Positions 21,450 to 30,346 of a stretch of DNA of 64,000 bases are shown piece by piece. How positions within the stretch are numbered: the first letter of the stretch is position 1; each line of letters opens with the position of its first letter. Made by a program: the position numbers and the translations under genes. The DNA lies in the IMG/VR virus record IMGVR_UViG_3300023243_000009, positions 32,001 to 96,000 of that record; one strand, written 5' to 3'. The notes beneath the pieces are model-generated. The model made no database searches and had not been told where the DNA came from. It saw nothing but the letters and a program-made list of their open reading frames with translations. Source of the DNA: a virus.

Positions 21450-22252
21450 TATACAGCGAATTCTAAAGCTTTAGAAAACATTTTCATATTCAAATCTTGA
21501 TCTTGTTTGAAGTTTTTAATACCTCTAGCTTGACGAGATTTACCTTTAATTGTAAGATATGAAAAATTACCTTCTATAATATTTTCCTGTACACGATTAA
21601 AAACAGTCCATAAATCAGATCCTTTATCTTCTGAACGTTGATATTCCAAAACCTCATCAACTGCTGATTCTGAATAAGTATTGCTTGTACCCTTGATTCT
21701 TAGGTCAAGAAAAGATTTTGCAAGATTAAACATTTGTTCCTCTTGAAGTTGAATTCCTTTCATAGTATTCATAGCTTCAACAGTTAATGGTAATCTTTCA
21801 ACCATCTCACGAATTGTAACTTGTAATTTTTCAAATGTATAACCCATATGACGAATCTTATAATTCTCAAACTCCTCAGTAGATATAACTAAACCATTCT
21901 CACAAATCATCCTAAACAATCCCGCTGTAAATTGAAATGAATTTTTACCATCATGTGAATTAGTAAGTAAAATTTGAGGAAACACTTCATCCCCATCTTT
22001 ACCATTAATAACAACCTCAGGATTTCTAAACACAACCAAATGTTTTTGAAAACCTATATTCTTACGTGCTTTAACTTCCTTAACATCGACTACTCCCCAC
22101 CCTAATAATTCCATATCTTTAATAACATGGTCTGTTGGAATATGAGTATACTTTTCAGATGTAGATGCAGAACCTATCTTAGTAAAAATACTAGGTGCAA
22201 TTACTTTTAACTCCTCTAAACTCTTAAACTCTAAATTTCTTAAATCTAACAT
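21449..22252 (-). CDS. DUF932/DUF945 family protein
   Basis: ILLTNSHDGKNSFQFTAGLFRMICENGL, WTVFNRVQEN. Confidence 0.9.
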   Translation of the reverse strand: MLDLRNLEFKSLEELKVIAPSIFTKIGSASTSEKYTHIPTDHVIKDMELLGWGVVDVKEVKARKNIGFQKHLVVFRNPEVVINGKDGDEVFPQILLTNSHDGKNSFQFTAGLFRMICENGLVISTEEFENYKIRHMGYTFEKLQVTIREMVERLPLTVEAMNTMKGIQLQEEQMFNLAKSFLDLRIKGTSNTYSESAVDEVLEYQRSEDKGSDLWTVFNRVQENIIEGNFSYLTIKGKSRQARGIKNFKQDQDLNMKMFSKALEFAV

Positions 22253-22315
22253 ATACCTTTATTGTTTTAATTGATTAACATACCGGAATATACGAATTAC
22301 CTCCGGTGTATCCAA
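22250..22315 (-). promoter_or_regulatory. Repeated promoter+leader module, copy 1
   Basis: Minus strand TTGG...TTCGTATATT...AATTAAAACAATAAAGGTATATG. Confidence 0.8.
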
Positions 22316-22429
22316 GCCTAGTGTGCATTACTTTTAAAAACAACCGTAAACTCTGTCTTTACATTCTCCCACACCCCAATCAAAATATCCGTATATACTA
22401 ACCTCATGTTATATTTCTTATAAAATTAT

Positions 22430-22873
22430 GTGGAAACCCACATTTTCTTATTTATATTACCGCAAAAACATAACACAAACATGGAAATATTATTTTTTAT
22501 TAACGGTATATTATTTTTAGGAATGATTGGTGGAATACTATTATTACGCCAAATGAACATTTCTAATAAGGATTTGGAAAAACAAATCCAAGATCAAATC
22601 AATTCCTCATACATTAATAATGGTAATTTGTGGGATGAATTAACATATATAAAAAATTTAGTACTGGATATACAATTTAATATGGAAAAAGACCAATACG
22701 AAAATTTAAGCAATTTGAAAAAGGGTATGGAAATATTACAAAGTGATACTAAAAAGGATAGGGAAAGGATTAATTTCCTATATACTAATAGTGATAAAAT
22801 AAATGGGTCGGTCTTTAGTGAAATCCAACAATTAAAACAAAACATTAAATCCATAAGCCAAAATTATAACTAA
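22430..22873 (+). CDS. Membrane-anchored coiled-coil protein (the only credible plus-strand gene; start may be the Met at 22481)
   Basis: TM helix plus coiled coil; no overlapping minus-strand gene. Confidence 0.55.
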   Translation: METHIFLFILPQKHNTNMEILFFINGILFLGMIGGILLLRQMNISNKDLEKQIQDQINSSYINNGNLWDELTYIKNLVLDIQFNMEKDQYENLSNLKKGMEILQSDTKKDRERINFLYTNSDKINGSVFSEIQQLKQNIKSISQNYN

Positions 22874-23152
22874 ATTTAATGGGGGTGTAAACTCTACGTT
22901 ATTTTGGGTTTTATTCGTTTTATATGGTTATGTAGATAGAAGCATGTGTAATTGTATTGAGACAACCATTTATATTTTAAATAACGTGTTAAACGTAAAT
23001 GAATTTTATGTTCACTTTGTTTAACTGAGTATATATGAGTGGGGAAACGGGTTTATAGGTTGTAGGTAGTATATATTTTCCTCGACGCCAAAAAGGTTTT
23101 AGAAAAAAAAGGTTGCAATTTTTATGTTTTTTAAATATTTGGCGTTAAATGG

Positions 23153-23180
23153 AAAAAAGGCCCCCTTTATGGGGGCTTTT
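23153..23180. terminator. Bidirectional rho-independent terminator
   Basis: AAAAAAG-GCCCCC-TTTAT-GGGGGC-TTTT between convergent genes. Confidence 0.75.
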
Positions 23181-23425
23181 AATATTGTGTGGTATATGCG
23201 TATATATTAATCGGTGGTGAGAGGTTGTAAAAGAGTTGTATGTGTGCATACACCCCTCCTTTTACATATACCCCATATATGGACGCCAACGCGCATGGGA
23301 TAATATATATAATATTGCGCAACGCATATATGCGCCCGTACGGGGTACCGTATAATGGATTTATAAGTAATTCAACCATACCCCCCAGGGGCTTTAACTA
23401 CAGCCCCCCTCCTTTATACATGGCC

Positions 23426-23719
23426 TTAATATTCATTTACACCCATATACAATTTTAAATCCTCATATCTATATTTTACAGTAACCTGCTTCCCCATCAC
23501 ATACACAAACCCAAGAAATGCCTTGGGACCAATTACCTCTATATTTAGGTGATAATCGTTTATCACAATATCCCCACTGATAGATGATCTGAGTTGCTTA
23601 TATATACTACCTGGCATTTTAACATTCTCCCCCGACACGTAGTTGTATGTTGATTCACCCCTATAGGTATTAGGTGATATTGTAAATTCTTTTCCAATGA
23701 TAAATTCCTCTCTAGTCAT
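23426..23719 (-). CDS. Hypothetical protein
   Basis: ORF starts exactly at the repeated leader. Confidence 0.75.
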   Translation of the reverse strand: MTREEFIIGKEFTISPNTYRGESTYNYVSGENVKMPGSIYKQLRSSISGDIVINDYHLNIEVIGPKAFLGFVYVMGKQVTVKYRYEDLKLYMGVNEY

Positions 23720-23781
23720 AACCTTTATTGTTTTAATTAATTTCTATACCCGAATATATGACTCCCCTATTGGGGAGCCAA
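23717..23781 (-). promoter_or_regulatory. Repeated promoter+leader module, copy 2
   Basis: TTGGCTCCCC...TCATATATTCGGGTATAGAAATTAATTAAAACAATAAAGGTTATG. Confidence 0.8.
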
Positions 23782-23793
23782 TTTTAATATTAG

Positions 23794-24348
23794 TTATTTT
23801 AATGAACTTCTGTATCTGTAGTGTAAACATTGAACATCCCCACCACATAATGTTCCGAATGTGATGAATGCTTTGTTGTCCACTGTAGCATTTACTTCTG
23901 CTCCTACGCTTCTAACTCTAACATTAATGTTACTTGCAGTCATATCATTAGTTAAGTGTTTAGCCAAGGCACGTTCCAATTTAACCATATTTCCACTAAC
24001 GAATTCCTCTGTGTAACGTACTTCCCATCCATCACGAGATTGTGTTATAATGTTTTGTAACATGTAACCTAATGATTTGATGTTGTTTAATAGGGTATTA
24101 GCTTCCTTAGCATCATATGTAGTTGGGGTAACGTATTTTTCACCATCCCATTTTTTACACTGGGTCATATAAATGTATTTAACCGTACTAGCATATGGGT
24201 TGAAATTATCATAACTTACAACCCCCCCATCAACTTCCAACCATGATTTGTATTTATCATATTTGGATTTCATTGATACTACCTGTGTAGCCGCTAATTC
24301 ACTTACTATAACACCTGCCTGTAATTTAATATCATTTAATGCATTCAT
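23794..24348 (-). CDS. Hypothetical protein
   Basis: ORF starts exactly at the repeated leader. Confidence 0.75.
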   Translation of the reverse strand: MNALNDIKLQAGVIVSELAATQVVSMKSKYDKYKSWLEVDGGVVSYDNFNPYASTVKYIYMTQCKKWDGEKYVTPTTYDAKEANTLLNNIKSLGYMLQNIITQSRDGWEVRYTEEFVSGNMVKLERALAKHLTNDMTASNINVRVRSVGAEVNATVDNKAFITFGTLCGGDVQCLHYRYRSSLK

Positions 24349-24410
24349 AACCTTTATTGTTTTAATTAATTTCTATACCCGAATATACGAAAAGTAAATG
24401 CGGCAACCAA
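24346..24410 (-). promoter_or_regulatory. Repeated promoter+leader module, copy 3
   Basis: TTGG...TTCGTATATTCGGGTATAGAAATTAATTAAAACAATAAAGGTTATG. Confidence 0.8.
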
Positions 24411-24442
24411 ATTAATGGCGCCGCATTTTCTAATAATTAAAA

Positions 24443-24682
24443 CTACAGTTGGTTATGAAACATCTGTATTTTTTCGTTGTCATGTTCACTATATACTCTT
24501 AAATTTAAGTAAGCACCATACCTACTATAATCCCCAATATATGAGGTATCCATTCTAATATCCTTATTGTAACCAAAACAGAAATCATACTCCTCTTGAG
24601 TAAGATATTCCTGTGTGTTCATTATTTTTTCAAATCTAAAATATTCTTCTGCTGCTAAAAATAAACTTTCTTCACTTATCAT
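24443..24682 (-). CDS. Hypothetical protein
   Basis: ORF starts exactly at the repeated leader. Confidence 0.75.
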   Translation of the reverse strand: MISEESLFLAAEEYFRFEKIMNTQEYLTQEEYDFCFGYNKDIRMDTSYIGDYSRYGAYLNLRVYSEHDNEKIQMFHNQL

Positions 24683-24745
24683 AACCTTTATTGTTTTAAT
24701 GGATTAATATACCCGAATATACGAATCATTCATCGGGGAGCCTAA
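24680..24745 (-). promoter_or_regulatory. Repeated promoter+leader module, copy 4
   Basis: Same motif ending at the ATG of 24443-24682. Confidence 0.8.
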
Positions 24746-24746
24746 T

Positions 24747-24884
24747 TTATTTCATTATTCGTTTCATACGATCGTTAAATTTCTTCATTTCCTCCCCCAA
24801 CAACGTTTTATTACTTTTATTTAATTTTTTACTTGACCTGCCTGAATATTCGTTTTGGGCTGATGTGTGGGAGGGGTGTTTCAT
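24747..24884 (-). CDS. Small hypothetical protein (45 aa)
   Basis: Hand-translated MKHPSHTSAQ...RMKRIMK; ATGA overlap with the upstream gene. Confidence 0.45.
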   Translation of the reverse strand: MKHPSHTSAQNEYSGRSSKKLNKSNKTLLGEEMKKFNDRMKRIMK

Positions 24885-25648
24885 ATGTTACGGGTTAAAA
24901 ACGATTTTACGTTTGTCATTCTTACTTTGCAAAGTGTTAAAAAATATTCTTTTTCAATGTCGTACTTTTCTGTTTCTTTATTCCATTCTGACTTTATAGT
25001 TTTTAATTCTATAGTTGCGGATTTGCCTGATGGTGTTTTGCTTATAATCTTTATGCCCTTTATATTATTGACACATTGATTAAATCTAACATACATATCC
25101 CTTAAAGGAAACCCAAATTCAAACTCATTATTTTCATTTATAGTGGTTTCAGTAATTAGTTGTTCCAATGTTTCAACTTCTCTTATTAGAAGAAACTTTT
25201 CTTTATTACTGTTTCTAATATTATCTTGGAATTTTTCTATAATTTTATTGTAATCAAACAATATACTGCTCTTAAAATGCAACAATATGCTGCCTACCTT
25301 ACCAATCGTTATCATTCTTCTTAATTCAAATTCTGAATTAGTGAATGTTGAATAAAATGATGTCTCTATTTCATTTATAATTTCATCTTTAAAATTCTTT
25401 GTCTTAAAGTACAAGGTAATTATTTCTCTCCTACAATTAGAATCCTCTTGACATCTAATAAGCTCCGCCCTATCACGTGATACGCTAAGTATATCTCCTT
25501 TTTTTAATGTGCCCTCAAAATATTTATGTAAGCTTTTAGATAATTCCTCTTCCCTTAGGGATTTAAAAAATGATGAATTTATATTTGCTTCTTTTAATTT
25601 CCCATTTAATTGAACTAATTCCTTTTTTAAATTTTCAATATTTGACAT
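24881..25648 (-). CDS. Hypothetical coiled-coil protein
   Basis: ORF starts at the repeated leader. Confidence 0.75.
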   Translation of the reverse strand: MSNIENLKKELVQLNGKLKEANINSSFFKSLREEELSKSLHKYFEGTLKKGDILSVSRDRAELIRCQEDSNCRREIITLYFKTKNFKDEIINEIETSFYSTFTNSEFELRRMITIGKVGSILLHFKSSILFDYNKIIEKFQDNIRNSNKEKFLLIREVETLEQLITETTINENNEFEFGFPLRDMYVRFNQCVNNIKGIKIISKTPSGKSATIELKTIKSEWNKETEKYDIEKEYFLTLCKVRMTNVKSFLTRNI

Positions 25649-25711
25649 AACCTTTATTGTTTTAATTAATTTCTATACCCGAATATACGAATCACCCATC
25701 GGGGAGCCTAA
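25646..25711 (-). promoter_or_regulatory. Repeated promoter+leader module, copy 5
   Basis: Same motif ending at the ATG of 24881-25648. Confidence 0.8.
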
Positions 25712-25743
25712 TTTATTTCATTATTGTTTTATTCTCGTAAAAA

Positions 25744-25770
25744 CGCTTACACAAATAAGTTAGCAACAAG
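25744..25770 (+). repeat. Orphan attC-like right arm outside the array
   Basis: TTACAC-AAATAA-GTTAGCAACAAG followed by the stop of a minus-strand ORF, as in the array. Confidence 0.5.
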
Positions 25771-25771
25771 G

Positions 25772-25948
25772 CTACATTTCGTCTTCGATATGATTATACA
25801 TTAACTGCATCACCCAAGCGTTCTCAAACTCATACATACCACAAGTAGAGCAAGCCTCATCCATTGTGTCATAGTAGTTTATTTTACCTTCTTCATTTTT
25901 CATAAAGTCCATATTTCTAAGGTCTACTATTACATATTGTCCTTTCAT
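25772..25948 (-). CDS. Small hypothetical protein (58 aa)
   Basis: Hand-translated MKGQYVIVDLRNMDFMKNEEG...; stop sits next to an orphan attC-like arm. Confidence 0.6.
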   Translation of the reverse strand: MKGQYVIVDLRNMDFMKNEEGKINYYDTMDEACSTCGMYEFENAWVMQLMYNHIEDEM

Positions 25949-25953
25949 TCTAT

Positions 25954-26166
25954 TTATTTTTTATAATCTAATATTTCTTTTTCGGTTGCTTCTAACATAC
26001 GAATTAACTCATCTCTTAATTCCTCTAATGTATGCCCACCGGCTGTTATTCCGTTTTTAGTATAACCGTTAACCTCTCTTTTAGAGTCATAATGTACTTC
26101 GTGGATCTGATACCAATCGTCATCCCCATCAGCTTTTTCTTGTCTCATTACTCTATGATCCCACAT
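25954..26166 (-). CDS. Hypothetical protein
   Basis: MWDHRVM...YQIHEVHYD...TLEELRDEL, a common small phage protein type. Confidence 0.7.
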   Translation of the reverse strand: MWDHRVMRQEKADGDDDWYQIHEVHYDSKREVNGYTKNGITAGGHTLEELRDELIRMLEATEKEILDYKK

Positions 26167-26167
26167 A

Positions 26168-26320
26168 TTATTCTACTAATTCATTAATTTCTGTATCAAA
26201 ACAGGTATTTAGACTATCCCCATACTCGTAAGCAGCGGTTAATTTTTTAAAAGACTTTATGCCACCACGGTTTATATCTACTCCGTTACTTAAATATGGA
26301 ATTATTGTGTATATAATCAT
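26168..26320 (-). CDS. Small hypothetical protein (50 aa)
   Basis: Starts at the repeated leader; hand-translated. Confidence 0.6.
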   Translation of the reverse strand: MIIYTIIPYLSNGVDINRGGIKSFKKLTAAYEYGDSLNTCFDTEINELVE

Positions 26321-26383
26321 AACCTTTATTGTTTTAATTAATTTCTATACCCGAATATACGAAAGGTTTATTGGGGAGCCTAA
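26318..26383 (-). promoter_or_regulatory. Repeated promoter+leader module, copy 6
   Basis: Same motif ending at the ATG of 26168-26320. Confidence 0.8.
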
Positions 26384-26545
26384 TTTAATCTATAATATTT
26401 TACTTTATCAAACCCACCATTACTTAAAGTCCTAGTATAATGGGTTGGCTGGTACTTATCCGTTGATTGGTGATGTTTGGAGAGTACATTCATGTAAACT
26501 CTTTCAAACACCCCATCAACCTCTTCTTCAGTGATTTTTTCCATA

Positions 26546-26830
26546 CTAGATACTAACTAATGATAAACGGGTGCGCATTGAATTGCTTTTAATCCCCTCA
26601 TAAAATCGTTTACCCCCTATTACAACATTTGAATTACGTGTTGCTAATTCACTATTAAACTCCACACTTGAAAAGTGATAATAGGGTTGTTTATTAACTA
26701 ATACTTTTAATATACTTGTTCTACCCTTGATAACGGGCTGATCTACTGTTTTAATCTTCATTCCCTCTTTTACGATTGAAGATGTGTTTTCTACTGTTGG
26801 TGATTCCGAAATTTCAAAAATGTTTATCAT
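26546..26830 (-). CDS. Hypothetical protein
   Basis: Starts at the repeated leader. Confidence 0.7.
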   Translation of the reverse strand: MINIFEISESPTVENTSSIVKEGMKIKTVDQPVIKGRTSILKVLVNKQPYYHFSSVEFNSELATRNSNVVIGGKRFYEGIKSNSMRTRLSLVSI

Positions 26831-26892
26831 AACCTTTATTGTTTTAATTAATTATTATACTTGAATATACGAACAATATGCTGCTAATCCAA
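26828..26892 (-). promoter_or_regulatory. Repeated promoter+leader module, copy 7
   Basis: Same motif ending at the ATG of 26546-26830. Confidence 0.8.
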
Positions 26893-26935
26893 TATTTGTT
26901 GCAATAACAGCATACAAAATCTTTAATTTAATGTT

Positions 26936-27292
26936 TTAACTAAATGTAACCCATTCACCTTCTAAAGTGAATACTCTTCCATATTCTTCAAAATCGGAGC
27001 TTTCTAAACCACTTATCGAAGCCACAACCTCTGCTTTACTTAATACTTCACCTCTATCTCTATGATAAGCTACTGTTATACCCCTTCTAGGACTATTAAA
27101 TGAATGTCCACCTTCAATTGATACTTGTTCCCCTAAAATACTGATATCACCTAGGTTAATTAATGATTGAACTTTTTCTCTATTAGTATAGTGTTCTTTT
27201 AAAGTAACACCTACACCATCTTCACTACCATCATTGTGACAGTAAATTGAACTTACCGTTTTATCTTGATTTTCAATTGCAATTCTTGACCT
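26936..27292 (-). pseudogene. Start-less ORF (RSRIAIENQDKTVSSIYCHNDG...), 118 codons
   Basis: Hand-translated open frame resembling the common phage SIYCHxDG family; in-frame TAG three codons upstream and no start codon; begins at an A7 run inside 27253-27486. Confidence 0.6.
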
Positions 27293-27486
27293 TTTTTTAT
27301 AACCCTAAAATTTTTCTTAGGATCAATTTGGGCGTGCTTAATACCCACTATATCACCTAATCTAATAGATTCTTTAGTCCTCTGTGCTAATTGATTTTTT
27401 TTAATTTCAACCTTATTTTTAATCTGATTAAACTCATCTGGGTTTGAATTTATAATGAATTCTAACACTTCGTTTAAATTTAACAT
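27253..27486 (-). CDS. Hypothetical protein, probably truncated or fused at the A7 run
   Basis: Starts at the repeated leader; its tail overlaps the start-less ORF in the -1 frame. Confidence 0.6.
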   Translation of the reverse strand: MLNLNEVLEFIINSNPDEFNQIKNKVEIKKNQLAQRTKESIRLGDIVGIKHAQIDPKKNFRVIKKGQELQLKIKIKR

Positions 27487-27548
27487 AACCTTTGTTGTTT
27501 TAATTGATTCCTATACCCCAATATACGAAAGGTTTCCGAGATAACCAA
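27484..27548 (-). promoter_or_regulatory. Repeated promoter+leader module, copy 8
   Basis: Same motif ending at the ATG of 27253-27486. Confidence 0.8.
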
Positions 27549-27617
27549 ATGGGTATTAAGGGGATGACGCATGTGGGGATCATTACTATTCCAGTCACAA
27601 CCCTATTTAACATTTAT

Positions 27618-27736
27618 CTACATTTCTTTGCAATCTATAACACATTTACACCTATAATATGTGGCTGTCTATAACTCATGGTCATCTACAATATAAGGCC
27701 ATCTATAATATGTGGCTGTCTACAACTTTATTGTAT
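27618..27736. repeat. Degenerate 17-bp tandem repeat, 7 units
   Basis: Units start with CTA(C/T)A at 27618, 27635, 27652, 27669, 27686, 27703 and 27720; units 3 and 6 are identical. Confidence 0.75.
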
Positions 27737-28418
27737 TATGTTCCAACTTCCATATATTTTTTTGTGAATAATAAAAATGCTCACGTGTGGGGGAGGGGGA
27801 TAATGCAAGGGTGTGTATATACTTTTAGAGGTTTTAGAAATTGGTTGGAATCGATGTGGGAGGGTTAGCGTCTCCACCAACCCACCCCACATATTATTCC
27901 CACTTTGGTCACATACCCCATATGCTTTAAATATAGAATAACATATATTCATCTATCAACCCACACTTTAACAGTGTTGGTCACATTTACACATAAAAAT
28001 AAACATCCATTAATCTCAACACCCAATCATCTACATAATACGGGGCCATATACAACTAATAATCGAGGTTTGATATATCTCTTATAGGTACCACATTATC
28101 ATCAATTGGTTTGGGTTTAACACGTTGTATTTTTAATGTTTTCCTCCACTCCATAATTTGGTTAATACGTTGTTTTGCACTTGATTTACTCATGATTTAT
28201 TTATTTGATTTATTTGATTTATTTTTCTTCCCACACATATATTTCTCATCCCCGTCACTGGAATTTTATTTATATATCTCCTCTATGTTTGTTTTTGTTT
28301 TCCTCGTTTTGGTTTATATTCAGATACACCAGTATCCAATATTTTTTGACTATTATTTTCTGCTAGTATTTTTCTATACATTAATGACTCCATTTCGCAT
28401 CCCCAATAACTTTGCTTT

Positions 28419-28631
28419 TTATACATCTTCTATTATTTTAGCATCCTCTATTACCTCACATATAAGAAATTTACTACCCATTTGCAACACATGGTTACAA
28501 TTTTTCTCATGCACATACAAACCTAACACTTGTTGGTTTACACTTCCATCTTTATTTGCAAAATTATGAGTTGATATTTCCTCAATTATTTTGTATGCTT
28601 TACCCTCCTTGTACATTATGTTATAGTTCAT
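28419..28631 (-). CDS. Hypothetical protein
   Basis: ORF track; operon packing. Confidence 0.65.
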   Translation of the reverse strand: MNYNIMYKEGKAYKIIEEISTHNFANKDGSVNQQVLGLYVHEKNCNHVLQMGSKFLICEVIEDAKIIEDV

Positions 28632-28637
28632 GTTTGT

Positions 28638-28979
28638 CTAAAAATTTTCATTTAAATCATTATCAATTTCTAAACCATCCTCCCCATAATATTCATCTAA
28701 TAATTCTTCATCACTACATAAACATGCATCACATATGGGTCTCATAACCTGAGTGTTTAATAATTCATCATACACCAATAATTCTGCCTCTATCGCGGGA
28801 TCTAAATCAATAAAAGCCCAATTCGACTCCATTCCCCACACTTTGCTTCTCCCCAATTTATTTATCTTATCCTCCATAAATTCAAGGATAGGTATATACG
28901 GATTAGATGATGGTGGGTTGTTAGTTAAGCATCCACACCACCCACAATTGTTGGTATTTTTTGATTTATTTTCCTCCAT
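28638..28979 (-). CDS. Hypothetical Cys-containing (possible Zn-binding) protein
   Basis: CGWCGC and CDACLC motifs. Confidence 0.6.
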   Translation of the reverse strand: MEENKSKNTNNCGWCGCLTNNPPSSNPYIPILEFMEDKINKLGRSKVWGMESNWAFIDLDPAIEAELLVYDELLNTQVMRPICDACLCSDEELLDEYYGEDGLEIDNDLNENF

Positions 28980-28982
28980 ATT

Positions 28983-29213
28983 TTATAATAATAAATGTTT
29001 ATTTTCCAAATACATCCAAAATCTTTCAAGCCATAGGTTGATTTTTACTCCTTCTACTTCATCTTCTCCTAACATGCCATTGAGTTTTCTGCTAGCAGTA
29101 TATGCTATACCCATATCGATGCAGTCTCGAGCTTTATCCTTATCACCTAATTTAAAAAAATGTTTTGCTTGGGACAAACAGTGATGTAATATTTGTTTTT
29201 CTATTTTTGCCAT
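28983..29213 (-). CDS. Hypothetical protein
   Basis: ORF track. Confidence 0.6.
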   Translation of the reverse strand: MAKIEKQILHHCLSQAKHFFKLGDKDKARDCIDMGIAYTASRKLNGMLGEDEVEGVKINLWLERFWMYLENKHLLL

Positions 29214-29343
29214 AATTTTATTTTGTCTGTATTTATTTGAACTAAGTTATTATTCATTTTTACTAAAATATTACCGTTGAAATGAATGCCAAAGCATTTC
29301 TTTTTAATTCCCTCGAAGTTAACCCAATCTCCTTTCTTTACCA

Positions 29344-29751
29344 TTACAATTTATATTTTTGCTTGTAAACGTTGATTAAAGAATTCCCAACTCCTAATTC
29401 TAACACTTCAGCTGTATCCGGTATCCCTACTAACTTTAGGGAGGTTATGATATAGTCTATATTTTCATTAAAAATTTTCATTTTTATTTTAGAGTTAACA
29501 CGATTGGAATTTTTATATACTAAAACTACTACTTGGTTATTGTATGGTTTCTTTTTTTCAACCAATACCTTAGGATGTTTGTACCCCTTAGGTGGTGTAT
29601 ATTCTGTTTTATATGGACCATTAGGTACTTTATGTTTATTATAATACCATTTTGATACTCCCCCTATTTCAGGTTTTGAAGGAACTTCACACATAATCTG
29701 GGTGTACTTTATTAATGGTGATTTCTCTTCTATTGGTCTGCCTTTATTCAT
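29344..29751 (-). CDS. Hypothetical protein
   Basis: Starts at the repeated leader. Confidence 0.7.
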   Translation of the reverse strand: MNKGRPIEEKSPLIKYTQIMCEVPSKPEIGGVSKWYYNKHKVPNGPYKTEYTPPKGYKHPKVLVEKKKPYNNQVVVLVYKNSNRVNSKIKMKIFNENIDYIITSLKLVGIPDTAEVLELGVGNSLINVYKQKYKL

Positions 29752-29814
29752 AACCTTTATTGTTTTAATTAATTATTATACTTGAATATATGAAAAGTAA
29801 ATGTGGTAGCCCAA
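29749..29814 (-). promoter_or_regulatory. Repeated promoter+leader module, copy 9
   Basis: Same motif ending at the ATG of 29344-29751. Confidence 0.8.
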
Positions 29815-29861
29815 TTTGTTAGCGGATGTATTGTTTTTTAAGGTTGTGTGGGGTACCCATC

Positions 29862-29873
29862 GTTGTAAAAAAT
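29862..29873 (+). repeat. Lone GTT core (attI-like or secondary insertion site) at the array's left end
   Basis: GTTGTAAAAAAT without a left arm; complements the left core of the next site at 10/12. Confidence 0.55.
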
Positions 29874-30191
29874 TTAAATATTAAGTTCTTGATAGCTTAC
29901 CTTTTTCCCAAGCAATTTAACCTCTATAAACCAGTCAACATTATTACTTTTTAAAAATTTATTCCATTCTTTTTCTTTTTGCTTATAAACCGCTTTTGTT
30001 AAGTGTTTATGCCAATTTTCAAAATTCATTATATTAAACCGGTGTTCATTAATAACTATATTTTTACTATTTGCCTCACTTAACAAAAACTTCATATACA
30101 AGTCTTTTATATTAGCTTTATCGCATTCCCAAACATTGCTAACTTCTACCATATCCCATTGTTTATCGTGTATTTGTGTAATGTATATCAT
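29874..30191 (-). CDS. Cassette 1 hypothetical protein
   Basis: ORF track; stop abuts the GTT core box. Confidence 0.7.
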   Translation of the reverse strand: MIYITQIHDKQWDMVEVSNVWECDKANIKDLYMKFLLSEANSKNIVINEHRFNIMNFENWHKHLTKAVYKQKEKEWNKFLKSNNVDWFIEVKLLGKKVSYQELNI

Positions 30192-30198
30192 AATTTAA

Positions 30199-30341
30199 AC
30201 TTTTAACAACAACGTACAAAGAAAATAAACTACTATTCGCTTTCCGTTGTTCATTGTTTATTTGTGGGTTGTCGGTATTTCCGACATACCTCTATTTTTT
30301 TTAATCGTTTACTTTACTTGTACAAATCCGTTGGCAGTAAT
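30199..30341 (+). repeat. attC-like site 1
   Basis: ACTTTTAACAAC-AAC-GTACAA-AGAAAATAAAC ... GTTTACTTTAC-TTGTAC-AAATCC-GTTGGCAGTAAT. Confidence 0.8.
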
Positions 30342-30346
30342 AACTA

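Noticed and set aside
24867-25079. Plus-strand 70-aa ORF near the orphan attC-like arm
   Set aside because: Antisense to the promoter-led 255-aa gene; no leader or motif.
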